DNA of 64,000 bases from Octopus vulgaris (Eukaryota). The notes under the pieces were generated by a model. It saw only the letters and a program-made list of their open reading frames with translations. It was not told where the DNA came from and made no database searches. Below are positions 1-13,950 of the stretch, one piece after another. The position numbers and the translations under genes were made by a program. Location: positions 1,984,001 to 2,048,000 of the forward strand of contig OX597822.1 of NCBI GenBank assembly GCA_951406725.2, in the 5' to 3' direction. The stretch's first letter is position 1; each line of letters opens with the position of its first letter.

Positions 1-34
1 GCGATGTTGGGAGCGGACAAACACAGACACACAA

Positions 35-86
<52 letters not shown>

Positions 87-252
87 TTACATATACATAT
101 ATACGACGGGCTTCTTTCAGTTTCCGTCTCCCGAATCCACTCACAAGGCTTTGGTTGGCCCCAGGCTATAGTAGAAGACACTTGCCCAAGATGCCACGCA
201 GTGGGACTGAATCCAGAACCATGTAGTTGGTAAGCAAGCCACTTACGACACA
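1..252 (-). mobile_element. tRNA-derived SINE family A (octopus OK/OR-type), 5' part plus internal microsatellite
   Basis: Reverse complement matches the copies at 1061 and 51385 (ctgtgtggtaagtagcttgcttaccaac...ggttcagtccca...gaaactgaaagaagcccgtcg). Confidence 0.85.
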
Positions 253-1060
253 GAGAGAGAAAGAATGGAGAGAGAGGGGGAGGAAGGGAGGAGAGAGAGA
301 TGAACGTGGATATCATATGTGTATGCATATGTGTCATCACTCGCATGTAATTTTTAGTGTGTGTTTGCATAATGTGTCTGCATTTGTTTGTGCATCTGTG
401 TATATTTATCATTTCCATGATATCATTAATCGATATTTGACACAATTTGTGAGTTATTGTTTTTCAATCCACTGTCATGTGTCAGTCTATTTTATTTTCC
501 TCGTAACGTTATATTTTCAACACCTCCGTTACAGATATAAATAACTTCAAATTGTATTTTTTGTAATCGTTATTATATATTGTATAAATTTACTGAACAA
601 CCCAGAAAAGTTTAATTTGTCTTAAATACGTTGTGTGTTGTATTTTTAAAAACCATTTATGCTGAACGTTTTACTGACGAATATCCAGTAGCTTCTTTGT
701 CAAAATATATCCAAAATTATCTTTTCTCTTTTTAGTGCCACAGAGGCATTGAATGTAACACAGAAGCGCACACAGGGTGGGAGTGGGGTTCTGAAAGGCA
801 TTGTCCCCTTCAAGAAAAGAAGTAGGCCCTTCTAAATGTTATTACGCCCTTTTTCCTGGAATTGTATTTCCTTCAGACCTTGTACCTTCCCTTCAAACAT
901 TCCTGGCACGGCGCCTGTAACATTTGCAGTTTACCAAGATAGTAGGGTGTGCTTTGAGGGATTCAGGGCTGCAATATCTTGTAGGTCGAAAGGATTTACA
1001 AAGATTTTCATCACTGAATCTTCTATAACTCAAAATTTTGTTTACAAATTAGTCTTCATA

Positions 1061-1432
1061 GGCTCAGGAGTGGCTGTGTGGTAAGTAGCTTGCTTACCAA
1101 CAACATAGTTCCGGGTTCAGTCCCATTGCGTTGCACCTTGGTCAAGCGTCTTCTAATATAGCCTCAGCCCAACCAAAGCCTTATATATGTGTGTATGTGT
1201 GTATATATGTGCGTGTGTACGTGTGTGTGTGTCTATGTTCTTCCACCACCGTCGCTTTGCAACCGATGCTGGTGTATTTACGTCCTCGTTACTTAGCTGT
1301 TCGGCAAAAGAGACTGCTAGAATAAGTACTAGGCTTACAAAGAATAAGCCCTGTGCTCGATTTGTTCGACTAAAGTCGGTGTTCCAGCATGGCCGCAGTC
1401 AAATGACTGAAACAAATTAATGAATAAAAGAA
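1061..1432 (+). mobile_element. SINE family A, near full length
   Basis: tRNA-like A box (tggctgtgtggt) and B box (ggttcagtccc), internal (GT)n-like tract, 3' part ending gcagtcaaatgactgaaac...aaaaga. Confidence 0.85.
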
Positions 1433-1845
1433 TATGGTTACATATCCTGTAGCGTTTCTGTTTTCAAATCCCCCAACTTCGACGTATTTCTAATTTAGTC
1501 TTTGCTGATGTATTTAAACAACTTAGTTTCCCTGTAGTCATTGCTAGATATTTTCTATAAAAAGACTTTTAGTAAGAAAATGAATAAATATATGAATTTT
1601 TGCCGTGGAAAATATATATTTACTGTTGCCCTTTGTGTGGTGGATTCTAAATATAATCATTATTTTCCCCAAGTAAACGCGATCTTTATAATCACATCAG
1701 TTGATTTTAAAACTTATAATCTTTCAGATCCACTTAGCTTTTAGTTATGGATATTTTAAATGTATATTAGTTGCAGAATATTTCAAATATTAAAAGAAAT
1801 TATCATATTTTAAGCACGTATTTAAAGATTAACCATTAATATTAT

Positions 1846-2039
1846 AGGGAGATTCCCCCCCCCCCAAAAAAAAAAAAAGACGAAGATAGGTGGTGAAGAC
1901 AACAAACAGATGTATTATTATAATGCTCGGGAGGTGAAAAGGTCTTTAACGTTTCGAGCCTACACTCTTCCACGGACAGGAACACAGAAAGAAACAAGGA
2001 GAGAAAGTAAAGAATGTGTAGTGGCTAGCGATCTATCAT
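1846..2039 (-). mobile_element. Short hammerhead-bearing non-autonomous element, family H1
   Basis: About 190 bp homologous to 15594, 32552, 61155; minus-strand motif ccgtgga-a-gagt-gtag-gctc-gaaac-gtt-aaag at 1943-1980. Confidence 0.7.
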
Positions 2040-2852
2040 TATTCTGCCGAGGTTGTCTTTATCTCTCATCCTTTCGAGGTCGACAAAATGAATACCAGTT
2101 AAATACCAGGGTCGATGTAATCGGCTTAACCACACCCCCGAAATTGCTGGCCTTGTGCCAAAGCTTCAGACCAATGTTGTACGTCTTTATAATCATTCCT
2201 AAAATATTTGGAGCTCTGTCTTTGGATTACATCTAACATGATATTCATCTTACTTATTAGTTTTCCTATCTTTTAGGTTTCTTTGAACAATTGTTCCTAA
2301 CCGAAGTGTATCTTTGTTTCCTTAATATCTACATTATACGTAGGAAGGTTCGAATTTGCTTTTAAATTGCCGCCAACAATTGGGGCTCCTCTGTGTGCAG
2401 AAGGTAGAAAATTGCTTTCTAGAAATTGGTGTTTATTTGAGATCATGTTTGACACGGTGAGATTGAAAAGGAAGGGAGGTAATTAAGAGAAAGCTAGGAG
2501 AGAGGTTTGTATGTGTGTGTGTGTGTCCGCGCACGTGCATTTACACAAGCAGATACACACACACACACACACACATCTTTTACATTTTACTTGTTAATGT
2601 CTCCGGACTCCGGCCATGTTATGGCACACGTCGAAGGGTACATGTCGAACAAATCGAATCCATTATTTATGTTTAAGCGTGATACTTATTCTGTTGGTTT
2701 TCTTTTGCCAAGATGCTCGATAACGGTAACGTAAACAAACCATCACTGACTGTCGAGAGGAGATAGAGGGAAAAAGGAACATAATCATAAAGTCACAAAC
2801 ATATAGACACACACACACACACCAGCATACACACAGTCATATATATATATAC

Positions 2853-2908
<56 letters not shown>

Positions 2909-3028
2909 CGTGTACATTAAAAGACATCAAGAGGCTTCCAAATAGGAAAGCCTTGTGCTAGAAAGAGCAGTAGAAAACTAAAACCACTAATTAGGGATAA
3001 ATTCTCGAAAGGAATGAAAACTAAATTT

Positions 3029-3088
<60 letters not shown>

Positions 3089-3099
3089 GCACACACCTA

Positions 3100-3475
<376 letters not shown>

Positions 3476-4357
3476 TACGTATAAATACATGAGTTTGTAT
3501 GTGCTTATACATACGTATATACATACGTACATATGCATACACACACACACACATATATATATCTGTATGTATACACACACACACACACATACATTTTCCG
3601 ATAGAATTGATCATTTATCGTTATTTGTAAACATTATACACTTGCTTACTTCTTTTGTTTTCCAGAATTGTATTCTAAGTACTGGATACGTATATATTAG
3701 TCTAAAAATATGAAAAACAAATTGCAGGTGTAGACAATTTCTTTGTTTATCAATTTTGTGAGTTGCAGATGTTTGTAAATTATTAGATATTGATTTCAGA
3801 GACAGTCCACTATTACTGTATCAACTCGCATATAATGCGAAAATGTTGCTGCCTAGCATTACGCAAAAGTGGTGGGGGAGACATAGGTGATGGAATTGTA
3901 TTACTGATTTTATGATGAAAATAGTTCAGGTTCAATGTATTCCAGATTGCATTATACTCAAGTGTAGAACATAACGCATTGGGGCATAAAACATATTCAA
4001 ATGCGGTGTAGGACAACAGATAGTCTTCTACGAAAATTTTAACCTGGCCTGTATCTGCGAAAGGTCTTTCCCGATTCATATCCTTTGTTATACAAGAGAT
4101 ATAGAACCCTGTATATACATGTATACACCAATTTGTTCTGACCCTTTCCTCTTTTCTATTCCTTCTTGCGGTTCTCCATTTTACATCTTTGTCGCCCTCA
4201 TTACAGAACACTTCTACGACCTGAAGCTGAGATAACTATTCCGCTTGATTCTATTGTTCATATTGACGATCTTGCTGTTGTTGTTCTCGTCGTGGGGGCT
4301 CTGTTGCTCTTTTGGATGGTGTTTCTGTTTCTGTTGTTATTGTTGCTTCTCCTGCTG

Positions 4358-4443
4358 TCTTCTTCTTCTTCTTCTTCTTCTTCTTCTTCTTCTTCTTCTT
4401 CTTCTTCTTCTTCTTCTTCTTCTTCTTCTTCTTCTTCTTCTTC
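4358..4443. repeat. (TTC)n microsatellite
   Basis: Directly visible. Confidence 0.95.
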
Positions 4444-4744
4444 CATTCAGGACTTACACCATTAGCCACAAAGAATAATCTCTAATTCGAGCCTACTCTA
4501 AGCTACTAAGAATGCGTGTGGCAACTTGAAGATCCACCCACCACACGCGATGATAGACTCGCGGTTGCACGGGCGCGAAAGCTACGTTGTTATCCTCATT
4601 CCGTAAAAGGTGGTTTTTTAACGGGTGGGGAGCTGAACCATCCTGGGGTACAGAGGTTTCGCAATCTAGACTAGGGTCTGAAATTATACCGCACCATAGT
4701 GGGTTACATCATGGTTACTCTGCTTTGTGGCAGTAGTAGGAAGA

Positions 4745-4925
4745 AAGAATGCGAGAAAGCTTGGGGGAAAGAGTACAGCGGGGTTCACTACCCACCCCCG
4801 CTGGAGCCTCGTGGAACTTAGGTGTTTTTGCTTAATAAACCCTCACAATGCCCGGTCTGGGAATTGAAACCGTGTTCTTACGATCGCGAGTCTGCTACCC
4901 TAACCACTGGGCCATTGCACCTCCA
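4745..4925 (-). mobile_element. tRNA-derived SINE family C (5' part)
   Basis: Reverse complement ggaggtgcaatggcccagtggttaggg...gtttcaattcccagaccgggc matches the 11817 copy. Confidence 0.8.
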
Positions 4926-6131
4926 CTCTGCTGTTGTTACTTCAACATCTGCTGAAGTAACGGCTTCTACTGGTTTTGCTGCTTTGTTGTAGTTGCTGTT
5001 GCCTGCCGTTGTGCCTGTGCGTTGTTGTTATGGCTGCGTAGTGTTTTTGCTGTTCTCGTTTATCAGGTTGTAGAGCTGATAGTAGTGAGGGCTTCTTTCA
5101 TTTTCACATTGTTGTGGGAAAACAGCCCTTCGGAGGGTGGTAACGCCATTCATATGACACCTTGCTCTCCGGTCTTCTACTGTCACATAAAAGCCTTACA
5201 TTTGACAAGTGAATCAGGCTGGTGATGCATTAAACATGCATGGGCAACAATACAGACGTTGCAGGTTCAATTCTTCCTTTTTGAAGTTATAGAATGATTT
5301 CTTGTCAGCAAACTGACGTTGGCCGCATTGTAGTTTCTGCCATGAGTGGATGAAAGCCTTTTAATTCTCAACGGATTTAATGCACCTTTGTATGAGAGTA
5401 TGGTTTGATCTTTCCACCAGCCAAATATTTTACCCTATGTTACGATAGATTACAGTACAACTTTTGGCTCGCTCCATAGCAATTTCTACTATCATGAGAT
5501 TCCCTAGAGGTCTTTTCAGTCTTTTCTGATGTCCTTGCTACACTGACATAGGAGCCAGTTCTTTTCACATAGTTGGTTGTTATCACTTTGAACGCTGATG
5601 GGGTGAGCAGCTATAATCGACATTGTGGTGATTGCGATATCCTTGTATAGCCGTGTGGAAACAGGGAATTCCTTTTGAGGTGGTGGAGTTGATTTTTTGG
5701 ATTTTTTTGGTTCCTGGTGTTAAGCAGTATTTTGCATGCCATGTTGTCGTTGATGTTCACTGTTATTGCCATAAGCATTGATGAAGACAGATGGTGGTAC
5801 TTTGGATTACACTGTTAAGCTGGGACAATGAGGTGTTCGCACTACCCATGCTAAATACTATTTATCAACCTCTTGTATCCCTTCGAACATTTCAACACCA
5901 AAGTTTAAGGGTTTCTTTAAAAAAAAGTGGGATTTAAGTGTTGCAAATAAGACAAATTATCAAGTGCTGCTGCAAAAGGCCAAAACAAGGGAACGATGAG
6001 TTACTCACGATCCTGGTTAGTTTATCGGCAAAAGTAAACAAAACTTATAACTGTAGACATTGTAAAACACAGTTGATAACAAAAACTTACCACTGATTCG
6101 AATGGGCGCCATTCTGATACACAGAAATCAT

Positions 6132-6132
<1 letters not shown>

Positions 6133-6208
<76 letters not shown>

Positions 6209-6217
6209 AAGAAGAAG

Positions 6218-6248
<31 letters not shown>

Positions 6249-6280
6249 GGAAGAAGAAGAAGAAGAAGAAGTGGAAGAAG

Positions 6281-6312
<32 letters not shown>

Positions 6313-6374
6313 GAAGAAGAAGAAGAAGAAGAAGAAGAAGAAGAAGAAGAAGAAGAAGAAGAAGAAGAAGAAGA
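6133..6374. repeat. Compound (AAT)n-(AAG)n microsatellite
   Basis: Directly visible; abuts the 5' junction of the RLE LINE. Confidence 0.95.
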
Positions 6375-7045
6375 AATTGCAGAATATGTGGAGATGGACA
6401 AGAAACAATAAATCATATTATCTCTGGCTGCCCAGTCCTGGCTAAGAAGGAACATATTCACAGTCACGACATAGTTGGGACCTATATACACTGGAAACTA
6501 TGCCAACATTATGGAATAACAACAGAAAAAAGATGGTATAGGCACACACCAGAAAAGGTCACAGAAAACGAGAAAGCAACCATACTCTGGGATATGCCGA
6601 TACACACAGATAGAGAAATTAAGGCCAACAGACCAGATATAGTTGTTAGAGATCATGAAGAAAAATAATGCTTTCTAATTGATGTATCAATACCGGCAGA
6701 TGACAACGCTTCTCTAAAAGAAATGGAGAAACTTTCATAATACAAAGACTTGGAAATAGAGGTAAACAGAATGTGGAATCTAAAAACAGAAACAATTCCT
6801 ATCATAGTAGGTGCATTAGGCATGATAAAAAAATATTCAGACAAATACATAACAAAAACACTGGGACTTACAAGTATATGTAACATACAGAAAATTGTAC
6901 TACTAAGCACTGCACACATCCTACGCAAAACACTTTCAATACAGTAACCAAAAGGGCAGCACAACAAACCACAGCACATACCCAAGGCACAGAGAGCTGC
7001 GCTCGGTAGTGAAGTGAAAGCACGCTATAAAAATAAAATTACTGA
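6375..7045 (+). mobile_element. 5'-truncated R4/Dong-like non-LTR retrotransposon: CCHC knuckle, restriction-like endonuclease, 3' UTR
   Basis: CRICGDGQETINHIISGC knuckle, (R)HD, LWD, NRPDIVV, LIDVSIP, KEMEKLS*YKDL, IPIIVGALG. Premature stops; ends in (AAT)n. Confidence 0.9.
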
Positions 7046-7127
7046 ATAATAATAATAAATATTATTATTATTATAATAATAACAACGAAAACATTAATAA
7101 AAATGATATTTCAACAACAACAACAAC

Positions 7128-7189
<62 letters not shown>

Positions 7190-8339
7190 TGATAACTAAT
7201 ATTTTTTCTTGGTAATGACTTTACAGCTAGTTGATGAATATATGATCAAATTTTGAAATTGCCCACTGTACCAAATATTTTAATGAATACCTAAGTTAAA
7301 AATCAATAAAGTCATCAAGCTATTTCGAGTGATAAAAAAATGTATGCAATCTAGAAAGTACAATAAAGCAGTGAAACATAACTATAATAAATACATAAAT
7401 ACACACGCATTACCTGATTTACGAATAATTCGGTTCCACAGAGAATTAATTTCTTTAAATTGGACAAATCCAATTTAATTCTGTCTCTGAAAAGTGGAAC
7501 TTTCCCTCAGTTCTGTAAACTAGATAAAGTAACAATCAGTGGTTAAAAAGAATAAAAATATAAATATATAATGACATCAAAGTCAACTTCAGCTCTTAAG
7601 AGCCAATATCTTAGCTTCTAATCTATAGTTGTATATTTAATACAATTATAGTCAGAATTTGGAGTTAACCAAAATCAATGTCTTAAAAGAGGAAAAAAAA
7701 TTACAGTTTTCGCTTGTGAACCAATTACTACACTAATCGTGCTAATTATTTTCCCGAAAACCATTTAAACCAAATTAGAAACTGCGGAAGATAGAAAGAT
7801 TTTACTTTATTTAGAGAAATGTTTTCACATTGTAAATCCCTGTATTTTTGTATCAATGATTTTATACATCAAAGTCTCCGAATTTATTTTCATATCTATT
7901 TTATTCCTAAACCCTTTCTTGTTTAATACATAGGAGACCAGTTAAAAGCGGACAGAAATTTTGAGTATTTATTTTGTTATTTCTTGGACAAATTTGATGA
8001 AATATATTTTTAATCGGTACCAAACAATGTGTTAGTAAATGGTTTTCTATTCATAATGTTGTATATTAGATTACTGCAGGAACCTAGCGAAATTCCATTC
8101 TATGCTGTTGTAACCTCAATAAATGCAGGCGTCAAAGTCTCTGAATTTATTTCCACACGATCTTATTCGTAAGCCTAGAGACAGAAATTTTGTATTTGCA
8201 CCAATCGCGTTTCAAAAATCCAACATTATCTTCGAATAGACCTCACATCAACGATCAAATATCATTGAATGATATTACATTATACGAATGAATGAATAAT
8301 ATAGTGGACTGGTTCTTTGAAATCAGTCTTCAATTAGCA

Positions 8340-8662
8340 CTTAATTCATTAACTCCGAAAGGCAAAGTTGAGCTCGGCGGAATGTGGACTCAGAAAACAA
8401 AGACCGATGAAATGCCGCAAAGCATTTGGCCAAGTTCGCCGCCTTAACAGTCGTTAGCATATTGATTTCAAATGTTGGCACACGGTTAGCAATTTTGGAG
8501 GAGTACTGAGCCAAGTACTCAACTAGTACTCATTTTATTGACCTGTAAATAATGGACGGCAATGTGTCCTCGGCGGAATTTGAACGCAGAATGTAAAGAC
8601 GGACGGAATGCCGCTAAGTATTTTACCCAGCGTGCTGACGACAATGCCGGCTCGTCGCCTTA
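8340..8662 (-). mobile_element. SINE family B, two decayed copies
   Basis: ccgaaaggcaaagttgagctcggcggaa... and ...gccggctcgtcgcctt, as in 20843-21432. Confidence 0.7.
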
Positions 8663-9588
8663 ACTGTCGTTAAAATATCAAAGACGAAAACGGCTACCGC
8701 TTTACTAATGAGAATAGTTGCGATTATTAAGATCTTTAGTTATGGAACTGACTGAGTATTGGTTTTGAGACACCGAGATTTGCAAAACGGACAGGAGATG
8801 GCTAAAACAAATAAATAAATAAATGAACAAAGCGTTATCAATAACGGTTCATGATTTAGGAATAAGGTCAATATTTTTTAGGGTAAGGTAAATAGTCGAT
8901 TTCGTCGATGTCAGTACTTGACTGATTTTATATTTTAACGACCACGAAAGGATGAAAGAAAAAGTTGACCTCGAACATAAAAATCCGGATGAAAGAAAAA
9001 GCTGACCGCAGAACAAAAAACTGGAGGAAATGGTTTAATATATTGTCTCATGTTGTAAAATTTCTACCAACCAAGTCCACTAATAGAATTGTGAAAATGT
9101 ATTAAACATTTTCGAAGCTTAGCCAGTGGTAATTCATTTTTTATTGGTTAGATAGGGATAGGAGAACAGCACATATGAGCTTATTTTTCTCAAGGCCTTG
9201 CGCGGAAGAGAAAAATCTTATTCTCAAACCATAAATGAAATTCAATAAATGATACGCAACAACAAAGTGATAATATTAAACCGGGTGGTCTACATATAAC
9301 AATTATAGATTTTAAACACATACCTTAGCATGCACGCGCGTGTATGTCTGTGTCAAAAATATTTAGGATAGCAAAATGCGAGCAACAGAAATAATATTCC
9401 TAAGATTATAAACCTGGAAAATTACAGAACAAGTTATTACACATGGAAAAGTTCAGGACAACTTATTGGTAAAGTACAGAACAAGAAAACTTTGACTTAA
9501 AATATTGCAACTAAGGATAACATTTCAAATAAAATATTTAGATTTAGAAAATAGATTTTATCAAAATTAAAATCTTATTACAAGTTAT

Positions 9589-10124
9589 GGATCTTTTCGG
9601 TCTGAACGGCAGTTTTTAACATAATTTCCAGGTAACTAAAAAATTTAAACTTGGTATACTGGTAGAATGTGTTTATAAAACATCTTTTTCTCTTGGCTTT
9701 ATTGAGAAAATTCTATAGTCTGTAACACATTTGGTCTTTAATTTCGTCAATTTCTGCAATTTCAACCAATCACTGGCGTCTATTGAGTTAAAAAGCATTC
9801 TGTGCCGTATGAATATGTTAGGGTTAGGGGTGGGGAAAGGGTATCTTTTTCTTCACAAATGTAAATAAACCCAATCTGTTTCTTAAACGAGGGACATATT
9901 CATACGGCACAGAATGTTTTCACCTCAATAGACGGTCATTGATTGGTTGAAATTACAGAAATGCAAGAAATCAAAGACCAAATATCTTATAAACTATAGA
10001 ATTTTCTCAATAAAACCAAGAGAAAAAGATGTTTTATAAACACATTCTACCAGTATACGAAGTTAAAAAATTTTTAGTTACCTAGAAATTATGTTAAAAA
10101 CTGCCGGTCAAACGGAAAAGATAC
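9589..10124. mobile_element. Foldback MITE with ~230 bp TIRs and 8-bp TSD
   Basis: ggatcttttcgg...cggaaaagatac; CAAGTTAT duplicated at 9581-9588 and 10125-10132. Confidence 0.9.
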
Positions 10125-10719
10125 CAAGTTATTACTTCTATTTGTTGTTTCTATTAAAAATTTAAAATAACTCAATAAAAATATATGTTGCACTTTCCTA
10201 AAATTCATTTTTAAAAAATTATTAATTAATAATGAGAAATTTGAAAATAGGTTATAAAAGTAATAGCAGTACTTAATTAGATAGTACAATAAATAGAATA
10301 ATACAAAAATTAGTTGTATATTACAGTAAAATCTACCTATAACAATAAATTCACAGTAAAATTTGCTTGCCTAAAATATTGCCAAGTCTTCACATTTTTA
10401 GTCTTGATCTAATACCTATTTTTGACATAATGAATTTGCCTACCATATATACTATTCTACTTTGCATAAAACTTTAGCTATATTGGTACTTCTGGCTCTC
10501 ATTTTTAAAGTATTTTAGTGTGTCAAGGTTTTAACAAAATGATGGTACCTGTTTTAATTATACTGTTACTTTGTAAATCAAAATCAAATAATTTTTTTAT
10601 ATTCAAATTTTATCCAAGTGTAATAACTTTCCCTGTAATTTTCCAGGTTAATAATCTTACGAATATTATTTCTCTTGCTCGCATTTTTCAATGTAATCTA
10701 TGTTTCCTCCGGGTTATGC

Positions 10720-11042
10720 TACTATGCTAATTAACAATACGTAAAATATGTCAATTAGCGATGTCGTTGATAATTACACCAAAAATCGCGACACAGCAGT
10801 CAAAAAATCGTAAAATATAGGGATTTTCATAGAAAAAAAAGCACCCTTTTGATGTAAATAATCTTTGGTGTTAACATGGTCCGATTTGAATTTTCTCTTC
10901 AATTTAAAGAAGAGCAAGCCTTCTTCTATCATACTCTCAATTTTGGTCAACTTGCGCCGCAGGGTCTCGGTGGAGATAGTGTTAGTTGAAGGCTACCAAA
11001 CCTGCCATACACAGGCAACTTCAGCTTTATATGTATATAGAT
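10720..11042. mobile_element. Helentron-associated (HINE/DINE-like) non-autonomous element, partial
   Basis: caattttggtcaact...acacaggcaac...tttatatgtatatagat end resembles the 28314 element. Confidence 0.5.
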
Positions 11043-11689
11043 GATTAACTTAAACCCTTTGAGCACAGCATGTACTTTTGCAAGGAAAATGTAATCAGCG
11101 ACTTCGAATATTCGGGCTACTTTAGCTGCCTTTTTCAGCCGGACGAAAGTATGCGTTTAACAATGTAATATTGCACGTGTGTATAGATATATCTAAATGT
11201 AAGAAAATACGAAAATTATCCTATTACATTCATTCTATTTTTTCCAGATACCTACTTTGTCTCTACGTAAATTTAAGTAGGAGCAATTACAGAAAAGATT
11301 ACGTTATTTTCCCCAGAGTTCTTTAACAGAATTCCAAATTTATGTCACTTATTGTAACTTAGCTATACTCTAACGATAATTACAAGTCGACACCTGTGAC
11401 AACGTATTAGAAATCACTGCTAACACCAAGTGTTTTTAGCAAATCAGATGATACGTTGCCTTCCATGATTATGTGAATTACAAGATACATAAAATTAATA
11501 GTTGAAATACAAGGCAACCACATGGCTACATGTAAAGCATGGAGTTGGGAGGTGAAACAATGTAGAAGCGAGCGGAAGAGATGAAAGGAGTATATATAAT
11601 ACTTTAATGTAGAAACGGTATGCGGCTGGTGAGTAAAGAGAAGATGCTCGCTTCTCTATGAGCTAATGATTTTAGCGCACTGCTGCGAG

Positions 11690-12315
11690 TGAAGGCGCGT
11701 GGCTTAGTGGTTAGGGTAATCGGCTCGCGATCGTAAGATTGTGTGTTCGTTTACCGGCGGCGCTTTGTGTCCTTCAGCGACACATTTTATTTCAAATTGC
11801 TACAGTCCATTCAGTGTGGAGACGCAATGGGCCAATGGTTAGGGCAGCGGATTCGCGGTCGGAGGATCGCAGTTTTGATTCCCAGACCGGGCGTTGTGTG
11901 TGTTTATTGAGCAAAAATACCTAAAAGCTCCACGAGGCTCCGGCAGGGGGGGTAACCCCTGTTGTACTCTTTCGCCCCAACTTTCTCTCACTTTCTCTTC
12001 CTGCGATGGAAGGGCGTCCCGTCCAGCTGGGGGGAACACATACGCCATAGAAACCGGGAAGCCGGGCTCATGACCCTGGCTGGGCTTGAATAGGGCGAAG
12101 AAGAGTAAGAAGACAGTCCATTCAGCTGGTAAAAATGGGTAGTACTTGTATTTCAAGGGGACCAGCCTTGTCATATGCCTTGTCACGCTGAATCTCCCTG
12201 AGAACTACGTTAAGGGTACGCGTGCCAATGGAGTGTTCAGCCACTGGAAAGTTAATTCTCCGAGCCGGCTGTTCCGTTGGTCGGATCAACTGGAACACTC
12301 CTCATCGAAACCGAC
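11690..12315 (+). mobile_element. tRNA-derived SINE family D (CORE-like body), interrupted by a family C SINE
   Basis: gaaggcgcgtggcttagtggttaggg head; body resumes after the insertion with cagtccattcagctggtaaaaatgggtag. Confidence 0.75.
11815..12112 (+). mobile_element. SINE family C, full length, nested, 13-bp TSD
   Basis: ACAGTCCATTCAG at 11802-11814 and 12113-12125; GAA-rich tail. Confidence 0.9.
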
Positions 12316-13028
12316 GTCGAGCCGGTTTCTTGCCGGATGCACTGCTGTGGAAATTAATAGCGCGTCAAGGTGCAAACTAGCGCAGGTGTTCGAGCGTTGT
12401 GTAAAACACAGCATAGTATTTGTTAATCTAAGTGCATATCGTCGATATCAAATTTTCTGTTCATTCTTTCGTGGGATATAAGAAAAAGAGAACAACTTGG
12501 CCTGCGCGTTGGATTGACGGAATTATAAGAAAATTAAAGGGGATATCTTGCAATATTTATTGTGGCTTCTTGCAGTCTTGCTTCGACTCTTGCCATGGCT
12601 TACTCGGATGGTAGATTTAATCTGTGAGGTATTTTAACACTACCACCCTCTTCACTCTGAGTGCTTTAGAGGATCCCATTCCCTTAGGAAGGATGCGGGT
12701 CAAGTATCCGGTTTCACGATCACATCCTTTCTCCTTCCAATTAATCATCGATCCCCGCAAATGGTTATGTGCACTGCCTTCTCTCCTGCTCCTTCTCAAA
12801 TTATAAGACATTAAAATATCCCTTTTGTATGGGATTATGTCGTCGTGTGTGTTGCATCAGTAGTTTCATGGTTAACCATGTGTGTGCAGTTAGCGATGGA
12901 TTTATTCGATGATACGCAGGCAGGTATTGAACCAAAGAATCATGGCTCTGAAATGTGTGCTTTGAGATGGCATGTGGCTATTTGTAGCCCACAAGCAGAG
13001 GTATCGCTTGTTGGTCTAAGAATATATA

Positions 13029-13067
<39 letters not shown>

Positions 13068-13140
13068 TTAAATATTATTTTTTAGGGAATAACAATTCCG
13101 GCATAACACAAGTTCAAATTATTCTCAATGAAGAAATATA

Positions 13141-13239
13141 TTTTAATTTAGAGATAGTATAACCCTACTTCTCACCAAATAAAAATAAATATTCTTTTTA
13201 TTTGATGAGAAGTAGGGGTATACTATCTCTAAATTAAAG
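13141..13239. repeat. Fold-back inverted duplication (~44 bp arms) between (TA)n tracts
   Basis: tttaatttagagatagtataaccctacttctc vs gagaagtaggggtatactatctctaaattaaa. Confidence 0.85.
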
Positions 13240-13254
13240 TATATATATATATAA

Positions 13255-13950
13255 GAATTACCAAGGAGACATATGAATTTCAAGATTCTCATGCTAAATT
13301 GTACTTACCAAAATCAAAAGCAGTAATTTTTAATTTATATTTCAATCATTTCCCCATTTTACTTCATAATTTTATTTAAAAACTAACATTCGTTAAATTA
13401 TACAAATTTCGCATTTGATATTACTGAAGAGATGAAGAGTTATCTATATAGGATTCCGTTATTCTATATTATCTAAGTATATGAATTATATTTTGAATAC
13501 AAGACAATATAACGGATTATACATATGAATATTATGGATTATTACAAAAGACTAACCAAGGAAGTATGTATGGATTTAAGGATTCTCATACTTACGTGTA
13601 CCTACCAAAATCAAAAGCAGTAATTTTTAATTTTTAATTTATATTTCAAACAAACACCATTTTATAGTTTTACTTCAATTTAAAAAAAAAAATTACCGTT
13701 CGATATGATATATCTATGTTATATCAAATTTTATATCTCTGAAGAGCAGAAGAGTTGTCTATAAATGCTTATCAATATAGGATTCCATTATAGGGATAGC
13801 ACTTCTGTGAAACGATCGTAAGATGCTTTAAAACTTAATTCAAAACTTTTAAACTGTTATATACATTATATATTTATATTTATACATATTTACGTATATT
13901 TTTATACATATTTATATTTTTAATACAACAATTATTTTACACACGTATAT
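13255..13950 (+). mobile_element. PLE pseudo-LTR-like partial tandem repeat with hammerhead
   Basis: Direct repeat ~13258-13460 / ~13555-13790 (taccaaaatcaaaagcagtaatttttaatt, ctgaagag, ataggattcc); flanked by TA-rich tracts. Confidence 0.65.
13735..13824 (+). ncRNA. Type I hammerhead ribozyme motif, canonical core
   Basis: atct-CTGAAGA-gcagaag...cttctgt-GAAAC-gatc-GTA-agat: helix I atct/agat, 7-bp helix II, palindromic helix III, GUA triplet. Confidence 0.75.

Noticed and set aside
4445-5900. Possible LINE remnant ending in (GAA)n on the minus strand
   Set aside because: No recognisable RT/EN motif, so the family cannot be supported.
11817-11890. tRNA-like sequences (also 1061, 11691, 55985)
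   Set aside because: A/B boxes continue into SINE bodies; no complete cloverleaf or terminator.
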